A stretch of 64,000 nucleotides of DNA, from assembly GCA_963808765.1 (NCBI GenBank), contig CAWEHH010000030.1:97483-161482 (forward strand). Reading direction: 5' to 3'. Shown here piece by piece: positions 9,081 to 18,573 of this stretch. Position 1 is the stretch's first letter, and each line of letters starts with the position of its first letter. The DNA comes from an uncultured beta proteobacterium (GTDB lineage Bacteria > Pseudomonadota > Gammaproteobacteria > Burkholderiales > SG8-41). The translations under genes and the position numbers were made by a program. The notes below the pieces were generated by a model. That model was given only the letters and a program-made list of their open reading frames with translations. It made no database searches and was not told where the DNA came from.

Positions 9081-10097
9081 ATGATCATCGACTGCCACGG
9101 ACACTACACGACCGAGCCCAAACCGCTGCTCGACTTCCGCAAGCGCCAGACCGAAGCCCTCAAAGATCCCGCCGCCCCACCCCTTTCGCCCGACTTCAAG
9201 GTGAGCGACGACGACATCCGCGAGACCATCGAAAAGAACCAGCTCCGCGTGCAGCAGACGCGCGGCGTCGATCTCACGATCTTCTCGCCGCGCGCGGGGG
9301 GCATGGCGCACCACGTCGGGACCGAGCGCACGAGCCTCGACTGGACGCGCGCGAGCAACGACATGATCCACCGCGTCTGCACCCTCTTCCCGAAGAACTA
9401 CGTCGGCGTGTGCCAGCTTCCGCAGTCTCCCGGCGTGAAGCCCGCGAACTGCATTCCCGAGCTCGTGCGCTGCGTGGAAGAGCTCGGCTTCATCGGCTGC
9501 AACCTGAATCCCGACCCGTCCGACGGCTACTGGACCGATCCGCCGCTCACCGATCGGCACTGGTATCCCCTCTACGAGAAGCTCGTCGAGCTCGACGTGC
9601 CGGCGATGGTCCACGTAAGCACGTCGTGCAATCCGAATTTCCACGGAACCGGCGCGCACTACATCAACGGCGATACGACGGCGTTCATGCAGTTCATCCT
9701 GTCGGATCTCTTCCGTGACTTCCCTACCCTGCGGGTCATCATTCCGCACGGTGGCGGAGCGGTGCCCTATCACTGGGGGCGCTACCGCGGGCTCGCGCAG
9801 GATCTGAAGCGCCCGCCGCTCACGGAACTCCTGAAAAACGTCTACTTCGACACGTGCGTGTATCACAAACCGGGGATGGAGCTCCTGCTTCGGGTCGTGC
9901 CTGTGGATAACGTGCTCTTCGCATCCGAGATCATCGGCGCCGTCAAAGGCATCGACCCCGAAACGGGTCACCACTACGACGACACGCGGCGCTACATCGA
10001 CGGCATCGAAACGCTCAGCGCCGCACAGCGCGAAAAGATCTTCAGCGCCAACGCGCTGAAGGTGTATCCGCGATTGAAATCGAGGCTGGCGCCTTGA
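9081..10097 (+). CDS. amidohydrolase family protein, LigJ-like (4-oxalomesaconate hydratase-like)
   Basis: Contains MIIDCHGHYT, DLTIFSPRA, GFIGCNLNPDPS, PPLTDRHWYPLYEKLVELDVPAMVHVS and IIPHGGGAVPYHWGR. These match my memory of LigJ; the activity itself is not established. Confidence 0.75.
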   Translation: MIIDCHGHYTTEPKPLLDFRKRQTEALKDPAAPPLSPDFKVSDDDIRETIEKNQLRVQQTRGVDLTIFSPRAGGMAHHVGTERTSLDWTRASNDMIHRVCTLFPKNYVGVCQLPQSPGVKPANCIPELVRCVEELGFIGCNLNPDPSDGYWTDPPLTDRHWYPLYEKLVELDVPAMVHVSTSCNPNFHGTGAHYINGDTTAFMQFILSDLFRDFPTLRVIIPHGGGAVPYHWGRYRGLAQDLKRPPLTELLKNVYFDTCVYHKPGMELLLRVVPVDNVLFASEIIGAVKGIDPETGHHYDDTRRYIDGIETLSAAQREKIFSANALKVYPRLKSRLAP

Positions 10098-10103
10098 CGG
10101 CCG

Positions 10104-10172
10104 CCCAAAAGCGGGACAGACCCATTTATCGCAAAAGTGGGACAGACCCGCTTTTGGGTGGGACCGTCTTTT
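10104..10172. promoter_or_regulatory. hairpin / 17-mer repeat cluster (AAAAGYGGGACAGACCC x2 direct plus one inverted degenerate copy)
   Basis: cccaaaagcggg (10104-10115) pairs with cccgcttttggg (10147-10158). The direct 17-mers are at 10107-10123 and 10133-10149. Confidence 0.4.
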
Positions 10173-10186
10173 GCACGGGCCAAGGC

Positions 10187-10939
10187 ATGGTTCATCCGCC
10201 ACTCCATGTCGTGCTTCGCGCGGCCGTTGCTGCCGCGGCGCTGTCGCTCGCGCCTTCCGCGGAATCGACCCTCTACAAGTGGACGGATCAGAACGGGAAC
10301 GTGACCTACTCGAACGTGCTGCCGCCCGAAAGCGCACAAGTGCGCGACATCGAGACGATCGATGAAACCCGCTCGCCGACCGCGACGGAAGCGCGGACGC
10401 GACAGATTCTGGAAGAGGCCGCGCGCGAGCGCCGCGCACTCGGAGTGCCCGACCCGGCGCTGGCGCCGCCGACCACCGCGAGGGGCGGGCGCGCTGCAAA
10501 CCTCGATTCGGACCTCTCCGGCGTTCGATACGAGTGGGTTCCGGACACCGCGCGACAGGGTGTTCGGGCCTCGCTCCCGGACAGCGCGACGCTACGGTAT
10601 CCGCCCGCTACGCCGGTTACAGTGCGCGATCCCTGCCTGCTCAGCGCGGACCCGCGCTGTTACGAGTTGAACGCGGGGAACTACGATCCGTATCTCGGCT
10701 ACGCTCCCGCGCACGGCGTAATTGCCCCGGCGGCGTCGGGAGCAACAGGCGGCGAGGGGGAGGGAACCACTGGCGCATCGACCGTACCGTCCCCACAATC
10801 GTCGAGCTTCCCGTTACGCAACGGCGCGGCCGACACACTGACCGCCAACGTCGTGCCCGCGGCACCGGCGTCGAGCCCGGCGCCTCGTGGATTCCGAGGC
10901 TTGCCGCCGGGCACGCCCGTCTTGCCGATCAGCCGCTGA
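10187..10939 (+). CDS. DUF4124 domain-containing secreted protein
   Basis: Signal peptide, then LYKWTDQNGNVTYSN (DUF4124 signature), then a low-complexity Pro/Ala/Gly tail. The last 9 codons lie inside repeat family 3. Confidence 0.7.
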   Translation: MVHPPLHVVLRAAVAAAALSLAPSAESTLYKWTDQNGNVTYSNVLPPESAQVRDIETIDETRSPTATEARTRQILEEAARERRALGVPDPALAPPTTARGGRAANLDSDLSGVRYEWVPDTARQGVRASLPDSATLRYPPATPVTVRDPCLLSADPRCYELNAGNYDPYLGYAPAHGVIAPAASGATGGEGEGTTGASTVPSPQSSSFPLRNGAADTLTANVVPAAPASSPAPRGFRGLPPGTPVLPISR

Positions 10940-11163
10940 CGGGGCGCGCTTCCCTCGGTCGCGCCTTTTTGCTTTTGCCCGTTCTGTCCCGACCCTCGTA
11001 CAACCGGACGAGAGTGCTGACAGACGCCGGAATGCTACGCGAGCGGGGACCCCGGTCCTGCCGATCAGCCGCTGAACGGGGCGGCGCTTCCCTTCGGCCC
11101 GACCCTCGCACAATCGGACGAGAGTGCTGACAGACGCCGGAATGCTACGCGAGCGGGGACCCC
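10914..11163 (+). repeat. tandem duplication of unclassified repeat family 3 (units of ~140 and ~110 bp)
   Basis: ...ccgatcagccgctga..ccctcg[t/c]acaa[c/t]cggacgagagtgctgacagacgccggaatgctacgcgagcggggacccc occurs twice in tandem. Confidence 0.8.
10943..10976 (+). terminator. rho-independent terminator candidate
   Basis: GGCGCG-cttccctcggt-CGCGCC followed by TTTTTGCTTTT, 4 nt after the DUF4124 stop. Confidence 0.55.
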
Positions 11164-11198
11164 CCGTTTCACGGCCCCCGCTCGCCCAAAAAGGTGTG

Positions 11199-12392
11199 TC
11201 ACGTTGCGCAGCCTGTTCGCCGCAGCTCCGCAATTTCCTCGCGCGAATAGCCGACGGCCTTCAGGATTTCGTCCGTGTGCTCTCCGAGGCGCGGCGGCGG
11301 CGAATCCACGCGCGCGCCATCGTGCCGGAACTTGAATGCCGTGAGCGGCACCGTCACGGGCTTCTCCACTCCCGGCACCGTCTGGTGCCGATGGAGCAGT
11401 GACCGGTGTTCGAGTTGCGGATCCTGCAACGCTTCGTGCAGCTCCCGCACACGCGTCGCCGGCACGTGCTTCGACTGAAAATAGTCTTCCCACTCCTGAG
11501 CACTGCGCTCCTTCAGCTTCGCCGCGATCATCGCCTGCTTCTCTTCGTAGCGCGCGTAGCGCTCGTCCAGGTTGCAGCGATCCGCTTCCGCCTGTTCGCC
11601 GATGGCGGAATAGAAGCGCCGGTGCTGCCGCTTGTTGGACGCCGCAAGCTGAACGAGGCCATCGCTTGCCTGCTGCATCGATGACTCCGGAAAGCGCATC
11701 CTGTTTCCGGCGCGCTTCGTCTTGTGTCCGTTGTGAAAATGATCGACCAGATGCGAGGCCTGAAGGATGAGTGCGACGTCGAGCATCGCCATGTCGATGT
11801 ACTGCCCTTTGCCCGTGCGCAGCGTCTGATACAGCGCGGCGGAGATGGCGAACGCGCCCGTCGTCCCTGTCGCATAGTCGATCACCGGGGAACCGGTCTT
11901 GAGCGGTCCGCTCGCCTCGGTGCCCGTCGAGGCCGTGATTCCCGAAGTCGCCTGGATGGCGTGGTCGTAGGCCGTCTGATTGCCGCGCGGACCGTCCTGC
12001 CCGAACGCCGTCATCGAGGCATACACGAGCTTCGGATTCAATCGCGAGAGGTCTTCGTAGCCCAGACCCAGCGCACGGAACGCACCCGGACGATAGTTCT
12101 CGACGAACACGTCGGCCCAGTCCGTCGCGAGGCGCTTCAACGCTTCGCGGCCGCCCTCGGTCTTCAGGTCGAGCGCGATCGAGCGCTTGTTCGAGCCCTG
12201 CGTGAGGAAGCTCGTGCCCATGCGTGCCTTGTTGAGCGCCATGTCGCTGCCGCTCTCCCGACTCTGGTCCGGATCGTTCGGGTCCTCGACCTTGATCACG
12301 TCGGCGCCGAGCAGCGCCAGTTGATAGGCCGCGAACGGGCCGGCGAGCACATGCGTGCAGTCCAGGATTTTCACGCCTTCGAAGGGTCGCAT
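11199..12392 (-). CDS. CaiB/BaiF family III CoA-transferase
   Basis: Contains MRPFEGVKILDCTHVLAGPFA..LLGADVIKVEDP. ATG 12392 has GGAGA 9 nt upstream. Confidence 0.85.
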   Translation of the reverse strand: MRPFEGVKILDCTHVLAGPFAAYQLALLGADVIKVEDPNDPDQSRESGSDMALNKARMGTSFLTQGSNKRSIALDLKTEGGREALKRLATDWADVFVENYRPGAFRALGLGYEDLSRLNPKLVYASMTAFGQDGPRGNQTAYDHAIQATSGITASTGTEASGPLKTGSPVIDYATGTTGAFAISAALYQTLRTGKGQYIDMAMLDVALILQASHLVDHFHNGHKTKRAGNRMRFPESSMQQASDGLVQLAASNKRQHRRFYSAIGEQAEADRCNLDERYARYEEKQAMIAAKLKERSAQEWEDYFQSKHVPATRVRELHEALQDPQLEHRSLLHRHQTVPGVEKPVTVPLTAFKFRHDGARVDSPPPRLGEHTDEILKAVGYSREEIAELRRTGCAT

Positions 12393-12581
12393 CTTCAATC
12401 GTCTCCAGAGGGGCACGCCGCCGCGTCGGCCACGCGCAGTTGATTCAGGTCATGAGGACACCGCAAACTACCCGACTCGCGGCGTGCCAGCGTCTAAGCT
12501 TCGAGCGCCGGTTCTTTTCCGTGCCTTCCGCGGCTTCGCGTCGCGAGCTTCCAATGCTATCAGTTGCCTTCAGCCGAGCCC

Positions 12582-13829
12582 ATGCCGCTGCAACCTGAAG
12601 GGCGCCGTACGGTCGCGCTCGTCGTCCTTTCGCAGGCCATCCACTTCCTGACGTTCAGCGGGATCGCGCTCCTGCTGCCGCTCATACGTGAGGACATGCG
12701 CCTCAGCTTCGCTCAGGCCGGCATGCTCTCCGCCGCGTCGACTGTGAGCTACGCCCTCGGGCAGATCCCGGCGGGCTACATGGCGGATCGCTTCGGTCCC
12801 AAGCGCCTGTTCTTCGTCGGACTCGTCGGATGGTCGAGTCTGGCGGTGATCCTCGGGTTCACGCACCTCTTCTGGATCGCGATCGTCAATCAGTTCTTCG
12901 CCGGGCTCTTTCGCGCGCTGCTCTTCGCGCCGGGCGTCACCCTGCTCGCTTCGTGGTTTCCGGCCGACCGCCGCGCCACGGCGATGAGCCTGTTCCCTGC
13001 CGCCGCTGTGATCGGCACGATGATCGTCGCGCTCGCCGCGCCGACCGGCGTGGATCTCGTCGGCTGGCGACTCACGTTCATTTGCTTCGCGCTGCTCGGC
13101 ATCGTTGCCGCACTGGTGTTCGGGAAGTTCGCGAAAGATAAACCGCGCAGCGCCACGGCGGAGCACGTGGGCTTGCGGGAGGCGGCGCGCGTCCTGAAGC
13201 ATCCGGTCATGTGGGTGTGCAGCGCGCTTCAATTCGTCCGGTTCACGGTCGGCACGGCGTTCATCGTGTGGCTGCCTTCATTGCTGCATGCCGACAGGGG
13301 ATTCTCTCTGCACGCGACCGGCATCATCGTTGCCGTGGCGGCCGCGTTCTCGGCGCCGGCGAACTGGCTCGGCGGCTATGTCTCCGATCGTCTCCGGAAT
13401 CCGCCGCTCGTGATCGGTGCGTCGCTCGCGGTGCTCGCGTGCACGTGCACGCTCATCGTGACGGTGAACCCCTTGCCCGTGCTGCTCGTCGTGGTCGCGA
13501 TCAATGCGATCTTCGTGCAGTTCTACTTCGGACCGCTGTTCCTCGTGCCGGTCGAAGTGCTCGGGCATCGCATGGCCGGATCGGCGACCGGGTTTGCGAA
13601 TCTCTTCGCGAACATCGGCGCGTGTCTCTCCGCCTTCGGTCTGGGCGTCGTGAAAGACCAGGCCGGCACGTTCACGGCGGGATACCTCGGGCTCGCCGCC
13701 CTGTGCGTGATCGGCGTCGCCTTGAGCTTCGTGCTCGCGCGTGTGAGACGGCAGGCGCTGGCGGGCATAGCCGACGGCACCGAACATGGCGAAGGGTCTC
13801 TGCGGCCGGCGGGCGCGAAAGCGACTTAG
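12582..13829 (+). CDS. MFS transporter
   Basis: About 12 hydrophobic segments and a GQIPAGYMADRFGPKR loop motif. The ORF is open from TTG 12564; the first ATG is at 12582. Confidence 0.8.
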   Translation: MPLQPEGRRTVALVVLSQAIHFLTFSGIALLLPLIREDMRLSFAQAGMLSAASTVSYALGQIPAGYMADRFGPKRLFFVGLVGWSSLAVILGFTHLFWIAIVNQFFAGLFRALLFAPGVTLLASWFPADRRATAMSLFPAAAVIGTMIVALAAPTGVDLVGWRLTFICFALLGIVAALVFGKFAKDKPRSATAEHVGLREAARVLKHPVMWVCSALQFVRFTVGTAFIVWLPSLLHADRGFSLHATGIIVAVAAAFSAPANWLGGYVSDRLRNPPLVIGASLAVLACTCTLIVTVNPLPVLLVVVAINAIFVQFYFGPLFLVPVEVLGHRMAGSATGFANLFANIGACLSAFGLGVVKDQAGTFTAGYLGLAALCVIGVALSFVLARVRRQALAGIADGTEHGEGSLRPAGAKAT

Positions 13830-13918
13830 AGCCGCCCTGTAGATGCGGCGCTTCGTGTGTCTACAGCGGCATGGTGGAAGAGCTTAGAGACGGCCTGCCA
13901 CGGAACCCGGGCGCACGG

Positions 13919-14734
13919 CTACTTCGGAGGCGTCTCTTCTTTCGCCTGCGCTTCTTGTCGAGCATCGAGAGGACCGAGCTTCTGGAACTCGAGGTAGGCC
14001 GCCGGGTGAAAGAGACGATAGGAGACGATCCGCTCGACGGGGAGGAGGGTGATGAAATCCTCCGGCGTCAGATATTCCAAGGGCGGGGCCAGCGGCGCAC
14101 TCTGATCCATCGATTCGGTCGGACCATAGAGCTCCGTGTAGAACGTCGTGAATTTGACGACGTGCGTTTCCGAGTCCCGATATCCGCTCATGAGCGGCAA
14201 TAGCTCGATGCACTTGCGGCCGATCGTCGGGTCGAACCCCTCCACCACGAAACCGACATAGACTTTCTGGTCGTCCATCGTGACGGCAATCGAATTGTCG
14301 CGTTCCGCGGCATCCAGCAGAAACGCTTCGACGTCGTCCTTCAAGATCGCGCGTCGAAGCCAATAGCTTCTCCAGAAGACCAGATTCAGGAGCCAGGCGA
14401 GCGGCCACCCTGCCAGCATTGAGATCAGGCAGATGACGGTCAGATCGGCAAAGGCTTCGGTCGCTGCCCCTTGTTCCGCCAACGGCTGGGCGAAATCCTT
14501 TACGGTCTCAACGGCGCCCGCGTAGGGCGGCGCAATCATCTGCACATGCGGGTGGGCTAACGCGACCAGTGAAAAGATCAGCGCGCCGAAAAAGATCGCC
14601 CGGAAGTAGAGGCGGTGGCCTTCCTCCCTCACGATCCGCCAGCGCGTGAAATTCCAGTTGCTGCAAAAAATAAACCCTCCCACGAGAGGGAGGGCGAACA
14701 GAAAGACGGTGTCCAAGCGAGCCCCGTCTGACAA
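13919..14734 (-). CDS. hypothetical membrane protein (3 N-terminal TM segments plus a ~150-aa soluble domain)
   Basis: 271-codon ORF in a locally lower-GC stretch. TM-like VFLFALPLVGGFIFC, AIFFGALIFSLVALA and VICLISMLAGWPLAWLLNLVF. TTG start with no clear RBS. I cannot assign a family. Confidence 0.5.
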   Translation of the reverse strand: MSDGARLDTVFLFALPLVGGFIFCSNWNFTRWRIVREEGHRLYFRAIFFGALIFSLVALAHPHVQMIAPPYAGAVETVKDFAQPLAEQGAATEAFADLTVICLISMLAGWPLAWLLNLVFWRSYWLRRAILKDDVEAFLLDAAERDNSIAVTMDDQKVYVGFVVEGFDPTIGRKCIELLPLMSGYRDSETHVVKFTTFYTELYGPTESMDQSAPLAPPLEYLTPEDFITLLPVERIVSYRLFHPAAYLEFQKLGPLDARQEAQAKEETPPK

Positions 14735-14740
14735 GCGAGG

Positions 14741-14992
14741 CTACGTGTGTTTACCGCTCACGCGTCGGATTGCCGCGATCTCCTTAACCACGCTCACCTG
14801 GCGCTGCACCTTGGGGGAGTTCACGATGCTGTTGACGGAGACGGAGACCTTGCCGCCGCCTGAGTAGCTCAACTTGCTCTGCGACCCTGCGGTCGACGCG
14901 CGACTGTCCTTCGGTTTCGAGTTCATAGGCCTGTCACCGTCCCTGTATTCGAAATGGATGACATTAAAAGGGCCAATTAGTTCTCCAGTCAA
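14741..14992 (-). CDS. hypothetical small protein (83 aa from the TTG, or 61 aa from the internal ATG)
   Basis: The ORF ends 6 nt before the start of the 13919-14734 ORF. No RBS and no recognisable domain. Confidence 0.3.
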   Translation of the reverse strand: MTGELIGPFNVIHFEYRDGDRPMNSKPKDSRASTAGSQSKLSYSGGGKVSVSVNSIVNSPKVQRQVSVVKEIAAIRRVSGKHT

Positions 14993-15224
14993 GGAAAAGC
15001 GGTATGCCCTCGGCCGGCGGCGCGCTGCATGCGCGAGCGTTTGCGTGGACCGTCACTTTTTGACGAGATCCAGCGAAGACGCTGCTTCATCGTTTCACCG
15101 CTCCCCTCCCGATCGTCCGTAAGTCCGCCCGCCACGGATGTGACATACACTCCGGCAGCACGCCATCCTAATACACACACGTTGCGCCTCGGCTGACAGG
15201 CGCCTCTTGCCGTGGAGTTCCGGG

Positions 15225-16235
15225 ATGACGCTGAAAAAGAGGAAACCATTGACAACCCTGCACACGATTGCGCGACGCCTTGTCGCATTCTCCATCATGT
15301 TGGCATTCGGCCTCGCGGCCGGCGCTGCGCCGGCGCAGACCAACTATCCCAATCGTCCGATCCGAGTGCTCACGCCGTTTTCGGCGGGAGGCGGATCGGA
15401 CATCCTCGCGCGGCTGATCGGTCCCCAGATCACGGAAGCATGGGGGCAGCCGGTGATCGTGGACAACCGCCCCGGCGGCGGCGGAACGCTCGGTGCGGGC
15501 ATCGCCGCGCGCGCGGAGCCGGATGGCTACACGCTTATCGTCGTCTCCGGCACGTACGGCGCGAACGCCGCGCTCTACAAAGTGCCTTACGACACCGTGG
15601 ACGGCATCTCGCCGATCATTCTCATCGGCACGACGCCGCTCGTGCTGCTCGTGCATCCGTCGCTTCCCGTGAAAAGCCTCCCGGAGTTCGTCAACTACGC
15701 GAAAGCCAATCCGGGCAAGTTGAGCTTCGGCACCGCGGGCGTCGGCGATCTCGGGCATCTCGCGGGCGAGCTCTTCAAGCAGCATGCGAAGATCGCGATG
15801 ACGCAGGTGCCGTACAAGGGCAGCGGGCCGCTCATGACCGGCATCGTGTCCGGCGAAGTTCCCGTGAGCATGAACAGCATGGTGCCGGCGATGCCTCATG
15901 TGAAAGCCGGCCGCCTGCGCGTGATCGCCGTCACGACACTGCAACGTTCGCGCGCGCTGCCGGACACGCCCTCGTTCGCGGAGACCGTGCCGGGCTACGA
16001 GGTGATCCACTGGTACGGGATGTGGGGACCCAAAGGCCTGCCGCAGGAGATCGTCACGCGCTGGAACCGTGAAGTCGCCCGAATCGTGAAGACGGATGCC
16101 ATGCAGAAGTTTTTCGAGCGCGAAGGCATGGAACCCGCGGGCGGTGCGCCTCAGGAGTTCCGCGACCGTGTGCGCGCGGACCTCGAGAAATGGAAGAGAG
16201 TCGTGAAGGACGCGAAGATCGTGGTGAACGAGTGA
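15225..16235 (+). CDS. Bug/TctC family substrate-binding protein
   Basis: Signal peptide, YPNRPIRVLTPFSAGGGSD, VIVDNRPGGGG and C-terminal KWKRVVKDAKI. Confidence 0.9.
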   Translation: MTLKKRKPLTTLHTIARRLVAFSIMLAFGLAAGAAPAQTNYPNRPIRVLTPFSAGGGSDILARLIGPQITEAWGQPVIVDNRPGGGGTLGAGIAARAEPDGYTLIVVSGTYGANAALYKVPYDTVDGISPIILIGTTPLVLLVHPSLPVKSLPEFVNYAKANPGKLSFGTAGVGDLGHLAGELFKQHAKIAMTQVPYKGSGPLMTGIVSGEVPVSMNSMVPAMPHVKAGRLRVIAVTTLQRSRALPDTPSFAETVPGYEVIHWYGMWGPKGLPQEIVTRWNREVARIVKTDAMQKFFEREGMEPAGGAPQEFRDRVRADLEKWKRVVKDAKIVVNE

Positions 16236-16426
16236 GTGGATCCGGAGCCGTGACAAGCTGTGACAGCGCGCTGCGACACGCCTGATCATTCCACCGGAAC
16301 TGCGGACGGCTGCACGATCACCGGAGCCGCACGACTCGACGGTACGACTCCCATTGTTCCACTCTTCCGGTGCAGGCCCGGCCGACAACGAATACTCGTG
16401 TGCCGGCCGCGCGCAAGCAAGGGCCG

Positions 16427-17008
16427 CTACATTTCCAGCCGCGTAATCTTGCTGCCATCGAACTTCAGGCCGGCATAGAGCCCGGCGTTCGTCAGCGCGA
16501 AACCGACGATCGACTGCTTCGCCGTGTTCGTGTCGATGTCGCCGGTCGCACCGACGTTCGCGATTGCGACACTCGCATCCACGCCGGCCGTCCAGCCACT
16601 GCTCTTGCGGAAGCGGTCGAGCGCGTCCTGCGTCAGAAACATCAGCACGATCGCCTGCGATTGCGCGCCGGCCTGCCAGCCCAGGGAGCCGCCCACGAGG
16701 CGATAGTACCCCCCTGGGCGCCCGCCCGTGCGCAACACGCCGTCGCCATACTCGCCGCCGACCACCAGACCACCCGAGAGCACGCGCGGGAAGATAAGGA
16801 TGCCTTGCGCCCGCTGCGCAAGCTCCTTCGCGGACTTCGCATTGGAATACAGCCGCGACATCGTCGCGTCCGCGCCGCTGTCGATTTCGCGCCGGCGGGC
16901 GGTCCTGTCCTCGGGGGTATCCGGCTGCGTTGTGGTGCAGCCTGCCGCTACGAGGCCCGTCCCGCCGATGACAGCGGCTGCCTTGATCAAGAATGTCCGT
17001 CTTTCCAC
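16427..17008 (-). CDS. SYLF (DUF500/Ysc84-like) domain lipoprotein
   Basis: AAGGAG lies 7 nt before GTG 17008. RRTFLIKAAAVIGGTGLVAAGC signal/lipobox, then ILIFPRVLSGGLVVGGEYGDGVL...GGSLGWQAGAQ. Confidence 0.75.
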   Translation of the reverse strand: MERRTFLIKAAAVIGGTGLVAAGCTTTQPDTPEDRTARRREIDSGADATMSRLYSNAKSAKELAQRAQGILIFPRVLSGGLVVGGEYGDGVLRTGGRPGGYYRLVGGSLGWQAGAQSQAIVLMFLTQDALDRFRKSSGWTAGVDASVAIANVGATGDIDTNTAKQSIVGFALTNAGLYAGLKFDGSKITRLEM

Positions 17009-17154
17009 CTGTTTTGCTCCTTCGAAGGATCGCCGGCGCAGCCCCCTCGCGATCGAGGCCGGCGAGGCGGACCCTGGCCCGGCGCAGGCAATATGCAAGG
17101 AACAGGCCCTCGATACAGCCAACACGTTCAGTGCCGGGCCGCGAGTGACTTTGC

Positions 17155-18214
17155 TCACTCCGATCTCAGCGAGGCCATGTCGATCGAGAAGCGGTATTTA
17201 ACGTCGGACTTCAGCAGCCGCTCGTACGCCTCGTTGACCTTCTGGATCGGAATGACTTCGACATCCGAGGTGATGTCGTGCTTCCCGCAGAAATCGAGCA
17301 TCTCCTGCGTTTCCGCGATACCGCCGATGGGCGAGCCCGAGAGGCTGTGGCGCCCGAAGATGAGGCCGAACGCAGCCACGGAGAGCGGCTTCTCCGGCGC
17401 GCCGACGAGCGTGATGTTGCCGTCGCGGCGCAGGAGCTGGATGTAGGCGTTGATGTCGTGATCGGCGGCGACGCAATCCAGAATGAAGTCGAAGCTCGCC
17501 TGCGTGCTTCTGCATCTCGTTGGCATTGCGCGAAACGACCACTTCGTCGGCGCCGAGACGCAGAGCGTCTTCGATCTTGCCCGGCGACGTCGTGAATGCG
17601 ACGACATGCGCACCGAGCGCATGCGCGAGCTTCACTGCCATGTGACCCAGCCCGCCCAGACCGACGACGCCCGCTTTCTTGCCCTTGGTCACGCCCCAAT
17701 GGCGCAGCGGCGAGTACGTCGTGATGCCCGCGCAGAGTAGCGGCGCGGCGCCCGCGAGGTCGAGATTCGAAGGCACGCGCAGCACGAAGCGCTCATCGAC
17801 GACGATGCTGTCCGAGTAGCCGCCGTAGGTCATGCCGCCGAGATGCTTGTCCGGCGCGTTGTAGGTGAGGACGAGATTCGGACAGAACTGCTCCATGCCC
17901 TCCTGGCAATTCTCGCAGGTGCGATCGGAGTCGACGAGGCAGCCGACCGCGGCGAGATCGCCCTGCTTGAACTTCGTGACGGCGGAACCGACTTTCGCGA
18001 CACGGCCGACGATTTCGTGCCCCGGAACGCAGGGATAGACCGTCGGCAGCGTGCCGCTCCACTCGTTTCTCACCTGGTGCAGGTCCGAGTGGCAGATGCC
18101 GCAGAAGAGGATATCGATCTGCACGTCGTGCTCCGTTGGATCGCGCCTCGGAATCGTGCTGGATGCCAGCGGCGAGGTCGCACTGGCGGCGGAATAGGCT
18201 TTGGTGTTGTACAT
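17155..18214 (-). pseudogene. Zn-dependent NAD(P) alcohol dehydrogenase (YahK/cinnamyl-ADH-like), one frame break
   Basis: Contains GICHSDLH, GHEIVGRV and GLGGLGHMAVK. The C-terminus continues in another frame (SFDFILDCV...RFSIDM). Break at ~17497-17503 (GG run). AGGAGG lies upstream of ATG 18214. Confidence 0.85.
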
Positions 18215-18257
18215 GCGGAAAAGCCTCCTATTGGTATTGCGCAAGCTTCACAAAAAC

Positions 18258-18300
18258 CTCCCCTCGCCCTTCGGGAGAGGGGCCGGGGGTGAGGGGGATC
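18258..18300. repeat. GC-rich hairpin repeat, family 2 (inverted orientation)
   Basis: cctcccctcgcccttcgggagaggggccgggggtgaggggg. Confidence 0.6.
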
Positions 18301-18573
18301 AAGTGCCTACGCAGTCGTAAAAGCGCCATAGGCACATCGGACATTACGGCCCAAAGCTCATGAGCCCGCTGATGATTGAGCGCTTGCGCGCGCGAACGGC
18401 GCCTATCTCGTGTCGACGCAGTGGCTCGTCGCATTCACCGTAGCAAGCTCGTCAGACTATCCGGCGAAGACGTTATGATTGGCCAGCGTTCGAATTCGTT
18501 CCGGCTCGCGCAATGGGATTAAATGTCCGCCCTAAATTGGTGCTGGCGGTCGTCTCACGTGGGAGCACGGCTC

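Noticed and set aside
10914-11163. CRISPR array (tandem repeats here and at 58706-58760).
   Set aside because: There are only 2-2.6 copies, the units are contiguous or differ in length, there are no unique spacers of regular size, and there are no cas genes in the window.
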